From contig UQIT01000003.1 in NCBI GenBank assembly GCA_900541175.1, positions 40,133 through 104,132 on the forward strand: a stretch of DNA of 64,000 nt. Direction: 5' to 3'. This document shows, piece by piece, positions 20,194 through 30,719 of this stretch; within the stretch, counting starts at the first letter, position 1, and every line of letters begins with the position of its first letter. The position numbers and the translations under genes are program-made. The notes below the pieces were generated by a model. The model ran no database searches. It saw nothing but the letters and a program-made list of their open reading frames with translations, and was not told the origin of the DNA. Source of the DNA: an uncultured Collinsella sp. GTDB lineage: Bacteria > Actinomycetota > Coriobacteriia > Coriobacteriales > Coriobacteriaceae.

Positions 20194-20232
20194 GCTCTCC
20201 CCTTCTGCATAACCTGCTTTGCCGGCACAGCC

Positions 20233-21393
20233 TTACTCGTGGGTATGCCCTACGTAGTCTTCGTCGATCGTAATCTTGGCAATCGACTTGGGATATTCCG
20301 ATTCGACCCGTTGTGCCAGCGCGTGCTTTAAGTCTTCGGCACTCATCTGCAGATCCGAGGGACGCACGCAGTCAAAGATCACGTTGGTGTGCGTAGGACC
20401 CGGCACACAGCGTAGGTCATGAATCGAGAGGCGGTTATCGATCTCCTGAGCCATGGCGTGAATGCGCAAGCGCATGCTCGCCACCTTTGGATCGTCGGTC
20501 ACGATGGGGTCGTAGTGAAGTGTGACAATCATGCCGTCTTCGTTCCTAAACGACTGCTCGATGTTATCGAGCGTGTCGTGACTTTCCAGCGGGCTGGCCT
20601 CGGCTGCCATCTCGGCGTGAGCGCTTGCGAACTTCCTGCCCGGGCCGTAATCGTGAACCATCAGATCGTGAACGCCCAAAACGCCGGGATAGCTCATGAT
20701 CTTGTCTCGAATGTGCTTGACCAGCTTAGGATCGGGCGTCTGGCCCAAAAGCGGGCTCACCGTATCCTGGATGAGTTCAAAACCGCTCCAGCCAATATAG
20801 GCACCAACGGCAAGGCCGACCCAAGCGTCAAGGTTGATGCCCGTCACCTGCGAAACAATTGCGCACGCCAGTACGGCGCCCGTGGCAAGAACATCGTTCT
20901 TGGAATCCTGCGCGGTCGCATGCAGCGTCTCGGACTCAATGCGATCGCCGAGCTTTTGGTTGAGGGCCGCCATCCAGAGCTTTACGACCATCGAAAGCAC
21001 TAGAACTGCCACCAGGGCAAGCGAGAACTCGACAGGTTCGGGGTGGATGACGCGCTCGACCGAGGACTTCACCAGCTCAACGCCAATCAGCAGCACGAGT
21101 GCCGCCACGACCAGACCCGAGAGATACTCGTAGCGACCGTGGCCGTAAGGATGCTCGGGGTCGGCCGGCTTGCTCGCCAGCTTAAAGCCCAGCACGCTCA
21201 CGATATTCGAGCTGGCATCGGACAGGTTGTTCATGGCATCCGCCACGATCGAAACCGATCCCGAAACCACACCAATTGCACTCTTCGCAGCACAAAGCGC
21301 AACATTGGCGACAATACACACCATGCCCGCTAACGTGCCCACACGCGCACGATCGCCCTGCGCGCGACGAACAATCCACTCGACCATCTGCAT
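20233..21393 (-). CDS. Cation diffusion facilitator (CDF) family divalent metal efflux transporter.
   Basis: Six predicted transmembrane segments with CDF signature region (SDASSNIVS); C-terminal cytoplasmic domain. Confidence 0.8.
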   Translation of the reverse strand: MQMVEWIVRRAQGDRARVGTLAGMVCIVANVALCAAKSAIGVVSGSVSIVADAMNNLSDASSNIVSVLGFKLASKPADPEHPYGHGRYEYLSGLVVAALVLLIGVELVKSSVERVIHPEPVEFSLALVAVLVLSMVVKLWMAALNQKLGDRIESETLHATAQDSKNDVLATGAVLACAIVSQVTGINLDAWVGLAVGAYIGWSGFELIQDTVSPLLGQTPDPKLVKHIRDKIMSYPGVLGVHDLMVHDYGPGRKFASAHAEMAAEASPLESHDTLDNIEQSFRNEDGMIVTLHYDPIVTDDPKVASMRLRIHAMAQEIDNRLSIHDLRCVPGPTHTNVIFDCVRPSDLQMSAEDLKHALAQRVESEYPKSIAKITIDEDYVGHTHE

Positions 21394-21465
21394 CCGCCCC
21401 CACGGTACTACTTATATATCTATTGCTCAAACGGATTGTAGTGTAGCCACTTTGCCCTCCAGATA

Positions 21466-21501
21466 CAAAAAGGCCGCAGCCCACACGGGCCGCGGCCTTG
21501 G
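21466..21501 (-). terminator. Intrinsic terminator after the PTS EIIC gene.
   Basis: Minus-strand read AAGGCCGCGGCCCGTGTGGGCTGCGGCCTT followed by TTTTTG. Confidence 0.65.
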
Positions 21502-21537
21502 AACACGACAAAGGGATCGTCCTTTTGTCGCACAGGT

Positions 21538-22777
21538 TTATGCGCTTACTTCAGCAGCGCTCGCCACTGTTTCGGGCGAATCGGCTCCGTCCTCCGTCGC
21601 CTGCCCCTTCGCCGGCACCACGCCAAAGCAGTAGCTCAGAGCCGCAGACACCACAAATGCCACACCGCCGGCAACGCAGCACCACAGCAGGTTCGAGATG
21701 CCGCCCGTAGCAAAGCCAATGACCATGAGGACATTCGTCATGCCGATGGTATAGGCCGTAACGTGGCCCACGGCCGCAACAAGGCCTCCGACGGCGCCGC
21801 CAATGGCCATACACGTCAGGCACCTGCCATATTTAAAGCCGCAACCGTACAGCGCCGGCTCGCTCACGCCGCCCAGAACACCCGAGATCGAATAGCCCAG
21901 CATGAGCGCCTTCTCGTCCTTATCCGCAACGCGGAGCGACGCGCCAAAGGGCATGCCCCAAACGGCAAACGTTGCCATCGTCGCGGCGATCAGAATGCAC
22001 GAATCCGTTCCCACACTCATAAACTGCGCGTAGGCGAGCGATAGGACGACGTTGCTGACGCCCGCGATCTTTAGGAACTCCCAGCCCGCGGCAAGCCCCA
22101 TGAGCGTGAGCAGCGACACGATGCCACCGGAATTGCCAAGCATAAACATAAGCTGGCCCAACAACATGCCCAAATAGCTGCCCGCCGGCGCCGTAATACA
22201 CAGCGAAACCGGAACCATGACAAGCATGGTCGCAAACGGAACGAACGAAAACGCCACGGCCTTAGGGATAACGCGCCGAAAGAAACACTCCACTCGCCAA
22301 AGCACGGGCACCGAGATGAGAACCGGAATAACAGTCGTCGTGTAATCGTTGACCGGCGCGGGAAGCAGGCCATACACGGAAGTCATCGATGCCCCCGTCG
22401 TCGATGCGGCATCGACGAGCTTAAGCAGATCGGGCGCAATCAATACGCCGCCCAGCATCATGCCCAGCTGCTCCGAGCAACCGAGCTGGCGGGCGGCCGC
22501 CCAACCAAGATAAATGGGCAAAAAGTAGTAGCCGGCGTTATAGAGCCAACTGTAGAACAGGCGATAGATTTCGGAATCGGCAGACCATAGGCCCAGCATG
22601 CCTTCGCCCATAATGACGGCGACGGTGCGGAACAACGCCGCGCAGACAATAAACGGCAGCGCCGACATCATGCTTTTGGACAGATAGTCCACCACGGCCA
22701 TGGCGTTTGATGAAACCGTCGTTGTAAACGAGGTGTTAGAAACTTGTGACACAGGAACCCTTTCCCAATGTGACATG
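21538..22777 (-). CDS. PTS sugar transporter EIIC component (glucose/maltose family); EIIC domain only.
   Basis: GISEP-like motif GGVSEPALYG. ATG at 22777 has an AAGGGA RBS, so the longer ORF start at 22950 is rejected. It lies 16 nt downstream of accDA on the same strand. Confidence 0.6.
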
Positions 22778-22792
22778 CGGACTGTCCCTTTG

Positions 22793-24517
22793 TTACATCG
22801 TGCTGTACCGACCGATTGCGCGGTACTTTTCGTAGCGGAGGTTTGCGAGGGTCGCGTCGTCGAGCCGCCCAAGCGTATCGAAGGCATCAAATGCCGAGGA
22901 CATGACGGCGCCGGCAATCTCCTCATGCGACAGGCCCCTATCGTCGACAATGCCGTCGATGATGCCGAGCGCCAACAGATCGGGGGCCGTGAGCTTCAGC
23001 GCCTCGGCGGCCTCATTCGCGCGCTCGGTATCCTTCCACAGGATCGACGCACAGGCCTCGGGGCTCACGACCGAATAGGCCGAGCTCGAGAGCATCAGGA
23101 TGCGGTCGGCCACGGACAGCGCTAGCGCGCCACCAGAGCCGCCCTCGCCTGTCACCACCGAGACAATCGGCGTCTTAAGGCCGCTCATCTCCATGAGATT
23201 CTGGGCAATTGCCTCGCCCTGGCCGCGCTCCTCGGCACCGATGCCGCAAAACGCGCCTGAAGTATCGACCAGGCACAGAACCGGCCGACCAAACTTTTCG
23301 GCCTGGCGCATAAGGCGACGCGCTTTGCGGTAGCCCTCGGGATGCGCCATGCCAAAGTTGCGGCGCATGCGCTCTTTGGTCGTGGTGCCGCGCTCGATGG
23401 CGATGACCGTTACGGGACGTCCGTCTTTCCAGCCAATGCCAGCCACCACAGCGGCGTCGTCGCCAAAGTAACGGTCGCCATGCAGCTCCACAAATCCGTC
23501 CAAGCCCAGCGAGATTATCTCACCCGCCGTGGCACGATCTGCCGAGCGGGTCTGTTTGACAATCTCGAGCGCGGTTTTTGGTGCCGCCGAGCGCTTAAAC
23601 AAGTGTCCCAGCTTTTTGCCGCGGCGACCCACATGCACAATCTCATGCGGTGCCCCCAGGCTGGGCGCATGCCCTTCGTGCAGCGCCAACAACTCGCCTA
23701 CCGTGAGCGTAATCTCGCCGCGCGGAACAACGGCATCGCACAAGCCGTGCTCCAGCAAAAACTCGGAGCGCTGGAATCCCTTGGGCAGGCGCTTGTGCAT
23801 GTTCTGCTCGATCACGCGCGGGCCGGCAAATGCCGTCAGGGCATCGGGCTCGGCCAGGATAATGTCGCCCTCCATGGCAAAGCTCGCGGTTACGCCTCCG
23901 GTCGTGGGGTCGGTGAGCACCGTGATATACAGGCCGCCCGCCTCGCTGTGGCGCCTAACCGCCGCAGAAATCTTGGCCATCTGCATAAGCGATGTCACGC
24001 CCTCTTGCATGCGCGCACCGCCCGAAACGGTAAAGCCGACAACTGGCAGCCCCAGCTCGGTCGCATGCTCAAATGTGCGACAGATCTTCTCGCCCACCAC
24101 GGAGCCCATCGAGCCCATCATAAAGTTGGCATCCATAAAGAAGAGCGCGGTATCGCAACCGCAGATTTTGCCCTTGCCGCACACAACGGCATCGCGCTCG
24201 CCCGAACGCTCGCTTACGCTCTTGAGCTTGTCGGCATAGCCGGGAAACGAGAGGAAGTCCTCCGACGCCAGATTTGCATCCCATTCCTCAAACGTGCCCT
24301 CGTCGACCGTCATGCGCATGCGCGCGCGACCGCTCACGCGAAAGTGTTTGCCGCAACGAGGGCAGACCTCGAGGTTGTCGCGCAGGCGTGCCTCATCGAT
24401 CACACGGCGGCACTCCGGACACTTGATAAACACGTGGCGCGCGGGAAACTCGGCGCACGACTCGGTCATCGGCCCCTCGAGGACGTTGACCGTCTTCGCT
24501 TTTCTATTCATCAGCAT
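22793..24517 (-). CDS. accD-accA: Acetyl-CoA carboxylase carboxyltransferase, fused beta (AccD, N-terminal) and alpha (AccA, C-terminal) subunits. Start may be internal (alternative ATG at 24469).
   Basis: N-terminal AccD zinc ribbon CPECRRV...CPRCGKHF. The C-terminal half matches AccA (RRNFGMAHPEGYRKARRLM, GEGGSGGALAL). Single ORF with no internal stop. Confidence 0.85.
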   Translation of the reverse strand: MLMNRKAKTVNVLEGPMTESCAEFPARHVFIKCPECRRVIDEARLRDNLEVCPRCGKHFRVSGRARMRMTVDEGTFEEWDANLASEDFLSFPGYADKLKSVSERSGERDAVVCGKGKICGCDTALFFMDANFMMGSMGSVVGEKICRTFEHATELGLPVVGFTVSGGARMQEGVTSLMQMAKISAAVRRHSEAGGLYITVLTDPTTGGVTASFAMEGDIILAEPDALTAFAGPRVIEQNMHKRLPKGFQRSEFLLEHGLCDAVVPRGEITLTVGELLALHEGHAPSLGAPHEIVHVGRRGKKLGHLFKRSAAPKTALEIVKQTRSADRATAGEIISLGLDGFVELHGDRYFGDDAAVVAGIGWKDGRPVTVIAIERGTTTKERMRRNFGMAHPEGYRKARRLMRQAEKFGRPVLCLVDTSGAFCGIGAEERGQGEAIAQNLMEMSGLKTPIVSVVTGEGGSGGALALSVADRILMLSSSAYSVVSPEACASILWKDTERANEAAEALKLTAPDLLALGIIDGIVDDRGLSHEEIAGAVMSSAFDAFDTLGRLDDATLANLRYEKYRAIGRYSTM

Positions 24518-25847
24518 AGAGATGCCCCATCAGATCGGTGTGGTACATGCCCGACAAGAACTCGTCGTTTGCCAGCACGTCGAGCTGAAGCTCGCTGTTT
24601 TCGCTCACGCCTTCAATCACGAGCTCGCCCAGGGCCGAGCGCATCTTACGAATAGCGCCGTCACGCGTGGGCGCACACACGATGAGCTTGCCGAGCATAG
24701 AGTCGTAGTACGGCGGAACTTTCGCACCGGTAAACATGGCGGAATCCCAGCGTACGCGCGGACCACCCGGCACACGCAACGCGGTGACCGTTCCACATGA
24801 CGGCAGAAAGTCCGGCGTCTCGGCATTGATGCGGCACTCCATGGCGTGGTTTCGGACCGGCATGTCCTCCTGCTCAAAGGGCAGAGGCTGGCCGGCTGCC
24901 ACACGCAGCTGCCCCTTGACCAGGTCGGTATCGGTCACAAACTCCGTAACCGGATGCTCCACCTGCAAGCGCGTGTTCATTTCCATAAAGTAGAAATTGC
25001 CGTCGTCCGAATACAGAAACTCAATGGTGCCGGCGCCCTCATAGCCAACGGCACGAGCCAGGTCGCGCGCGGCCTTGTGCATGCGCGCGCGAATATCATC
25101 GCGTCCGTCGAGGCACGGCGCGGGGCTCTCCTCGATCAGCTTTTGGTTGCGACGCTGCACCGAGCACTCGCGCTCGCCGAGCGAAAACACATGGCCCAGC
25201 TTATCGGCCATAATCTGCACCTCAACGTGGTGCGCCGGCGCGACGAACTTCTCCATGTAGCACTCGCCGTCGCCAAAAACGGCCTCGCCCTCGGCACGCG
25301 CCTCGATGAACGCCTTTGCCGCATCTTCCACGCGCTCGACCTTGCGAATGCCGCGACCGCCACCACCTGCACGTGCCTTAATAAGCACGGGGCAGCCAAT
25401 GCGCTCGGCCTCGGCCGTCGCCTCCTCGGGGCTTTTGAGCAAATCGCAGCCCGGCACGATGGGCACGCCCGCCGCGGCAGCCGTTCGACGTGCGGCGTCC
25501 TTGTCGCCCATGCTGTCGATCACCTCGGCCGAAGGACCGACAAACGCCAGGCCATACTTGTCGCAGTCGCGCACGAAGCTCGCCTTCTCAGAAAAGAAAC
25601 CGTAGCCAGGATGGATTGCCTTTGCCCCCGACTTCACGGCACAGGTGAGCACAGCATCGTCGTTGAGATAGCTCTCGGCAAGACGCGGGCCACCGATGCA
25701 ATACGCCTCGTCGGCAAGCTGCACGTGCAGCGCGTCCGCATCGGCCGTGGAATAAATGGCGACGGTCTTGATGCCCATATCGCGGCACGCGCGGATAACA
25801 CGGACCGCGACTTCGCCGCGGTTGGCGATGAGCACTTTGTCGAACAT
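24504..25847 (-). CDS. accC: Acetyl-CoA carboxylase biotin carboxylase subunit.
   Basis: MFDKVLIANRGEVAVRVIRAC; RBS AAGGAAGG precedes ATG at 25847. The 73 codons upstream in the ORF track are an extension. Confidence 0.9.
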   Translation of the reverse strand: MFDKVLIANRGEVAVRVIRACRDMGIKTVAIYSTADADALHVQLADEAYCIGGPRLAESYLNDDAVLTCAVKSGAKAIHPGYGFFSEKASFVRDCDKYGLAFVGPSAEVIDSMGDKDAARRTAAAAGVPIVPGCDLLKSPEEATAEAERIGCPVLIKARAGGGGRGIRKVERVEDAAKAFIEARAEGEAVFGDGECYMEKFVAPAHHVEVQIMADKLGHVFSLGERECSVQRRNQKLIEESPAPCLDGRDDIRARMHKAARDLARAVGYEGAGTIEFLYSDDGNFYFMEMNTRLQVEHPVTEFVTDTDLVKGQLRVAAGQPLPFEQEDMPVRNHAMECRINAETPDFLPSCGTVTALRVPGGPRVRWDSAMFTGAKVPPYYDSMLGKLIVCAPTRDGAIRKMRSALGELVIEGVSENSELQLDVLANDEFLSGMYHTDLMGHLYADE

Positions 25848-25857
25848 GAAGCCTTCC

Positions 25858-26289
25858 TTAACTTTCGTGCATGAGTGCAAAGGACATATCGGCGCGGCAG
25901 CAAACCTCACCGTTGACGCTCGCGGTACCCGTCGCAAAGCGGAACGGCCCGCGCGCACGCGTGATGGAGCACACCAGATCCACCGTGTCGCCCGGGCGCA
26001 CCGGACGCTTAAAGCGCACCTTGTCCAGACTCGTGTAGAACGGCGTCGCGCCGCGCGCCTCCTCATCGCCCATCAGCAGCACGCAGCAGTTCTGGGCGAG
26101 CATCTCGCACTGAATCACGCCGGGGACGACCGGGTTTCCCGGAAAATGCCCCTGCAAAAAGTACTCGTCGCCCGTAATCGTGATCTTGCCGTGGGCCTCG
26201 TCGCCCACCAGCTCGGCTTCGTCGAGCAAAAGCATCGGCTCGCGATGCGGTAACAGCTTCTTGAGCTCTTCTTTGTTCATGGATATCAC
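25858..26289 (-). CDS. fabZ: 3-hydroxyacyl-ACP dehydratase FabZ.
   Basis: HFPGNPVVPGV hotdog motif. Confidence 0.9.
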   Translation of the reverse strand: MISMNKEELKKLLPHREPMLLLDEAELVGDEAHGKITITGDEYFLQGHFPGNPVVPGVIQCEMLAQNCCVLLMGDEEARGATPFYTSLDKVRFKRPVRPGDTVDLVCSITRARGPFRFATGTASVNGEVCCRADMSFALMHES

Positions 26290-26763
26290 CTATCCGATCC
26301 TCATGAGGCAGCTGCCAAACTCCACGAGGTCGCCGTCGGCCACGCAGATCTCGAGCACCTCGCCATCCGCCTCGGCCGTTACCTCGTTGAGAACCTTCAT
26401 GGCCTCGATGATGCAGAGGGTCTCGCCGGCCTTGACCTTAGAGCCCACGTGCACAAACGGCTCGTCGCCCGGCGCCGGGGCAGCATAGAAAACGCCGACC
26501 ATGGGAGCGGTCACCTCGGTGCCCTTGGGCTCCGGTGCGGCGGCAGGTGTCTGCGCGGCGGGCTCCGGTGCGGCAGGCGCGACTGTGGGAGCTTCAACTG
26601 GAGCGGCCATAGCGCTCGGCATAGGCATGGGCACGGCAACCGGCTGCGCTGCACTCGCGCGCTCGAGCTCAACCGCGGTGCCATCGGGCTCCTCAACGCG
26701 CACGCGCGTGAGGCCGCGGTCCTCCATAACATCGGCTATCTCGGCAAGTCTTTTGGAATCCAT
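26290..26763 (-). CDS. accB: Biotin carboxyl carrier protein AccB.
   Basis: Biotinyl-lysine motif EAMKV and a Pro/Ala-rich linker. Confidence 0.85.
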   Translation of the reverse strand: MDSKRLAEIADVMEDRGLTRVRVEEPDGTAVELERASAAQPVAVPMPMPSAMAAPVEAPTVAPAAPEPAAQTPAAAPEPKGTEVTAPMVGVFYAAPAPGDEPFVHVGSKVKAGETLCIIEAMKVLNEVTAEADGEVLEICVADGDLVEFGSCLMRIG

Positions 26764-26766
26764 GCT

Positions 26767-28032
26767 CTAGCTCCTCGTATATCTACGCAGCGCGATGGCG
26801 GCGTTGTGCCCGCCAAAGCCCAGGTTGGTCGAAAGCGCCCAGGTAAGGTCGGCGCGAACCGCGCGATTGGGCGTGTAGTCAAGATCGCAGGCGGGATCGG
26901 GCGTGTGGTAGTTAATGGTCGGCGGCACCACGCCCTGCTCGAGCGCCATGGCGCAGGCCATGACCTCGATGGCACCCGTGGCACCGATCATGTGGCCGGT
27001 CATCGACTTAGTCGACGAGACGCGCGCGGCGCGCGCCGCGTCCTCGCCGAGCGCACGCTTAATGCCCGCCGTCTCGGACGAATCGTTGAGCTTGGTCGAG
27101 GTGCCGTGGGCATTGATGTAGAGACCCTCGGAAGGCCTGACGTCGCCCTCGGTCACCGCCAGCGATATCGCGCGGGCAATGCCGGCAGCCTCGGGATCAG
27201 GGCTCGTGATGTGATAGGCATCATCGGTGTTGCCGTAGCCCACGACCTCGGCATAAATGTGCGCACCGCGCGCCTGCGCATGTTCCATGCTCTCGAGTAC
27301 CAGCACGCAGGCGCCCTCGCCCATCACAAAGCCATCGCGGTCTGCATCGAACGGGCGGCAAGCCGTCGCGGGATCGGGGTTGGTGGTCAATGCACGGCAG
27401 GACGTAAAGCCTGCAACGGCATCGGGGATAATGGCCGCCTCGGCGCCGCCCGCGAGGATCGCGTCGGCATAGCCATGCTTGATGGCGCGGAACGCCTCGC
27501 CCACCGCATGGGCCGAGGTTGCGCACGCGGTCACCACGGGCAGGGTCGGGCCCTTTGCCTTGTGGCGGATCGCGATATTGCCCGATGCCATGTTGGGGAT
27601 CATCATCGCGATCATATAGGGCGATGCGCGGCGGGGCCCACGGTCGGCAATCGTATGGACGTTGTCGACAAGCGTCTGCATGCCGCCCACGCCCGAGCCC
27701 ACGTAGACGCCCAGGCGCTCGCGATCGATGGCGCCTTCGACATCAAAGCCCGCATCGTGCATCGCCTCGTCCGAAGCCGCCATCGCAAACTGAACGCAGG
27801 GGTCGAGATGCTTGGCGTCACGCTTGCCAAAGTACTCGTTGCCGTCAAAGCCCTTGACCTCGGCCGCCACCTTGACGGCAAATGCATCGGTATCGAAGTG
27901 CGTAATCGGGCCGATGCCGCACGTGCCAGCGCACATTGCCGCCCAGGTGGCAAGCGCGGTGTTGCCGAGCGGCGATACGGCACCTATGCCGGTGATTGCA
28001 ACTCTCTGTTCCATCATGGTCTCCTCATCCAA
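26767..28032 (-). CDS. fabF: Beta-ketoacyl-ACP synthase II.
   Basis: Active-site Cys (ACATSAH) and His residues. The start may be a few codons in from the ORF start. Confidence 0.9.
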   Translation of the reverse strand: MDEETMMEQRVAITGIGAVSPLGNTALATWAAMCAGTCGIGPITHFDTDAFAVKVAAEVKGFDGNEYFGKRDAKHLDPCVQFAMAASDEAMHDAGFDVEGAIDRERLGVYVGSGVGGMQTLVDNVHTIADRGPRRASPYMIAMMIPNMASGNIAIRHKAKGPTLPVVTACATSAHAVGEAFRAIKHGYADAILAGGAEAAIIPDAVAGFTSCRALTTNPDPATACRPFDADRDGFVMGEGACVLVLESMEHAQARGAHIYAEVVGYGNTDDAYHITSPDPEAAGIARAISLAVTEGDVRPSEGLYINAHGTSTKLNDSSETAGIKRALGEDAARAARVSSTKSMTGHMIGATGAIEVMACAMALEQGVVPPTINYHTPDPACDLDYTPNRAVRADLTWALSTNLGFGGHNAAIALRRYTRS

Positions 28033-28053
28033 GCCGTTCTTCGGCCCTGATTT

Positions 28054-28827
28054 CTACATCGCCATTCCGCCGTCAACGCGTACAACCTCGCCCGTAATGT
28101 AGGAAGCCGCATCGCTCGCCAAAAAGCGCACCACGCCGGCCACTTCCTCGGGGCGCGCCATGCGCTTAAGGGGAATCTGCTCCTCGGTTGCCGCACGAAC
28201 CTTTTCCGAAAGCTTTGCCGTCATATCTGTCTCGACAAACCCGGGGGCGACCGCGTTCACTCGTACGCCGCGGGGCGCAAGCTCGCGCGCCACCGCCTTG
28301 GTCAGGCCGATCACGCCCGCCTTGGAGGCAGCGTAGTTGGCTTGCCCGGCATTGCCCATCAGGCCCACAACCGAGCTCATGTTGACGACGCAGCCGCCGC
28401 GCTGGCGCATAAAGGTCTTGGTGAGCGTGCGCGTCATGTTAAACGTTCCTTTAAGATTGACATCGAGCACACGATCGAAGGCGTCATCGCCCATGCGCAT
28501 GAGCAGGCCATCGCGGGTGATGCCAGCGTTGTTGACGAGCGCCCAAATGGAGCCAAAGTCGTTGAGGACCGTCTCCACGCAAGTGTTGACGGCGGCGGGG
28601 TCGGCCACGTCACATTGATATGCGCGCGCCGTGGCGCCTGACGCCTCGCAGGCTTCGCACGTCTCGCGCGCCGCATCTGCGCTACCGGCATAGACGACGG
28701 CGATATCAAAGCCGTCCTCCGCCAGGCCCACGGCACAAGCGCGACCGATGCCGCGCGAGCCGCCCGTGACAAGCGCCACGCGACGTGAGTCGTTGCGCTC
28801 GAGCGCGCCGTTGTTCAAGTTGCCCAT
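28054..28827 (-). CDS. fabG: 3-oxoacyl-ACP reductase FabG.
   Basis: SDR family: TGGSRGIG and YAASKAG. Confidence 0.9.
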   Translation of the reverse strand: MGNLNNGALERNDSRRVALVTGGSRGIGRACAVGLAEDGFDIAVVYAGSADAARETCEACEASGATARAYQCDVADPAAVNTCVETVLNDFGSIWALVNNAGITRDGLLMRMGDDAFDRVLDVNLKGTFNMTRTLTKTFMRQRGGCVVNMSSVVGLMGNAGQANYAASKAGVIGLTKAVARELAPRGVRVNAVAPGFVETDMTAKLSEKVRAATEEQIPLKRMARPEEVAGVVRFLASDAASYITGEVVRVDGGMAM

Positions 28828-28857
28828 GTCATTCCTTTCGGGTTACAGCCCTGTGAA

Positions 28858-29784
28858 CTATGCGAGCTCGTCGGCAATAGCTGCGACCTGCTCGGCCGTT
28901 TCGCACGAATACACGCGAACGTCGCTCAACGTACGCTTGACCAGGCCCGACAGCGTTTTGCCGGGGCCGACCTCAATAAACGTGTCGATGCCCTGATCCT
29001 GCAGAGTGTGCAGTGTGTCGACCCAGCGCACGGCATGGCTCACCTGGTTGGCCAAGACATCCGATGCCGCCTGCGGGTCGGCCGGATAGGGCGCCGCCGT
29101 CATATTTGCCATGACCGGAATGTGCAACGGGGACGGGGCGTGCCCGGCCTCGATATATGCAGCAAGGCCACAGGTCGCCTCGGCCATATAGGGGCTATGG
29201 AATGCACCCGACACCGCGACCTTCATGGCCCGGCCACCAGCCTCTTTTACCAGGACGTCGAGGGTCTGCAACGCATCGGGCGCTCCGGCCACAACCGTCT
29301 GCTGCGGGCTGTTGTAGTTGACCGGCCAGCAGTCCTCGCCGGCCTTTTTTGCCAAGCCCTCGACCTGCGCCGCATCGAGTTTGATGACGGCGCGCATGCC
29401 GCCGGGGTGACGCTCAGCCGCCGTGGCCATCAATGCCGCGCGCTCACACACGAGCTCAAAGCCCGCTCTCGTATCGAATGCCCCCGCAAAGGTGAGTGCA
29501 GCGACCTCGCCCAGCGAGAATCCCGCACAGGAGGCAGGCACCACGCCGCGCTCACGCAGGGCGACGGCGACAGCCAAGTCGTGCACGAACACGCAAGGCT
29601 GTGTGTTCTCGGTCTGCGAGAGCTCCTCCTTGGAGGCGCTCCGGCACTGCTCGCTGGTCCCCGGGCGCACCTCGTCGGCAATGGCGAACACCTCGGCAGC
29701 TGCCGGCGATGCTTCGATGAGGTCGACGCCCATCGCGGGATGCTGGGCACCCTGACCGGCAAACAGAAACGCTACGCTACCCAT
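28858..29784 (-). CDS. fabD: Malonyl CoA-ACP transacylase FabD.
   Basis: GFSLGE active-site motif. Confidence 0.9.
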   Translation of the reverse strand: MGSVAFLFAGQGAQHPAMGVDLIEASPAAAEVFAIADEVRPGTSEQCRSASKEELSQTENTQPCVFVHDLAVAVALRERGVVPASCAGFSLGEVAALTFAGAFDTRAGFELVCERAALMATAAERHPGGMRAVIKLDAAQVEGLAKKAGEDCWPVNYNSPQQTVVAGAPDALQTLDVLVKEAGGRAMKVAVSGAFHSPYMAEATCGLAAYIEAGHAPSPLHIPVMANMTAAPYPADPQAASDVLANQVSHAVRWVDTLHTLQDQGIDTFIEVGPGKTLSGLVKRTLSDVRVYSCETAEQVAAIADELA

Positions 29785-30719
29785 GCGGACGCACCCTTCA
29801 GGACATGCTCGGCGCCATCGACCAGATCGTCAACGATTTCGCGTGCGCTCTGGCGTTCGTTGACCATGCCGGCAATCTGTCCGCACAAATACGAACCCTC
29901 TTCGTAATTACCGTCCTTTGCAGCTTTACGAAGCGCGCCCGTGCCCATGGCCCCAAGCTCCTCGGGGCTTGCGCCCGCCGCCTCGTTCTTGGCATACGCG
30001 TTAGTGAAGGGGCTCTTGAGGGCGCGAACCGGATGTCCCGTCGAGCGACCGGTCGCACGCGTCGACGTGTCGCCCGCCTTGAGCACCAGCTCTTTGTACT
30101 GTTCGGATACGGTGCACTCGTTTGCGACCAGAAAGCGTGTTCCCACCTGGACGCCGGCGGCGCCGAGCATAAAGGCGGCCGCCACACCGCGGCCATCGGC
30201 GATGCCGCCAGCCGCAACCACGGGAATATCGACCGCATCGACAACCTGCGGCACTAGTGCCATCGTCGAGGTCTCTCCAATATGGCCGCCTGATTCGGTG
30301 CCCTCTGCAACCACGGCAGTTGCTCCGCGACGCGCCACGAGACGCGCCAGCGCCACCGAAGCCACGACGGGTATGACCTTGATGCCTGCATCGTTCCAGG
30401 CCTTCATGTACTTGGTGGGATTGCCGGCGCCGGTCACCACAACGGGCACCCGCTCATCAATCACCACTTGTGCGACCTCGTCGACAAACGGGCTCATGAG
30501 CATAACGTTGACGCCAAAGGGCTTATCCGTCTTGGCGCGCAGCTCGTGAATCTGATCGCGCAGCCAGTTTGCGTCGGCATTCATGGCCGCGATAATGCCT
30601 AAGCCGCCCGCCTCGGACACGGCAGATGCCAGCGAGGCGTCGGCAATCCAGGCCATGCCACCCTGGAATACGGGCTTTTCGATGCCGAGCAGATCGCAGA
30701 GAGGAGACTTGAGCATCAC
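29772..30719 (-). CDS. fabK: Enoyl-ACP reductase II (FMN-dependent, nitronate monooxygenase fold) FabK.
   Basis: FabK-type protein at the fabK position of the streptococcal-order cluster. No FabI/FabL/FabV homologue in the cluster. Confidence 0.8.
   Translation of the reverse strand: MMLKSPLCDLLGIEKPVFQGGMAWIADASLASAVSEAGGLGIIAAMNADANWLRDQIHELRAKTDKPFGVNVMLMSPFVDEVAQVVIDERVPVVVTGAGNPTKYMKAWNDAGIKVIPVVASVALARLVARRGATAVVAEGTESGGHIGETSTMALVPQVVDAVDIPVVAAGGIADGRGVAAAFMLGAAGVQVGTRFLVANECTVSEQYKELVLKAGDTSTRATGRSTGHPVRALKSPFTNAYAKNEAAGASPEELGAMGTGALRKAAKDGNYEEGSYLCGQIAGMVNERQSAREIVDDLVDGAEHVLKGASAWVA

Noticed and set aside
24504-26066. N-terminal 73-codon extension of the accC ORF (also fabH to 32024, rplB to 17432, rplL to 48775, the sigma factor to 38777, the GH4 gene to 57728, the rpiR gene from 57397, the EIICB gene to 60314, feoAB to 63091).
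   Set aside because: The extensions lack RBSs, overlap upstream genes or regulatory repeats, and encode Arg-rich junk. Internal ATGs with canonical RBSs coincide with family-typical N-termini.
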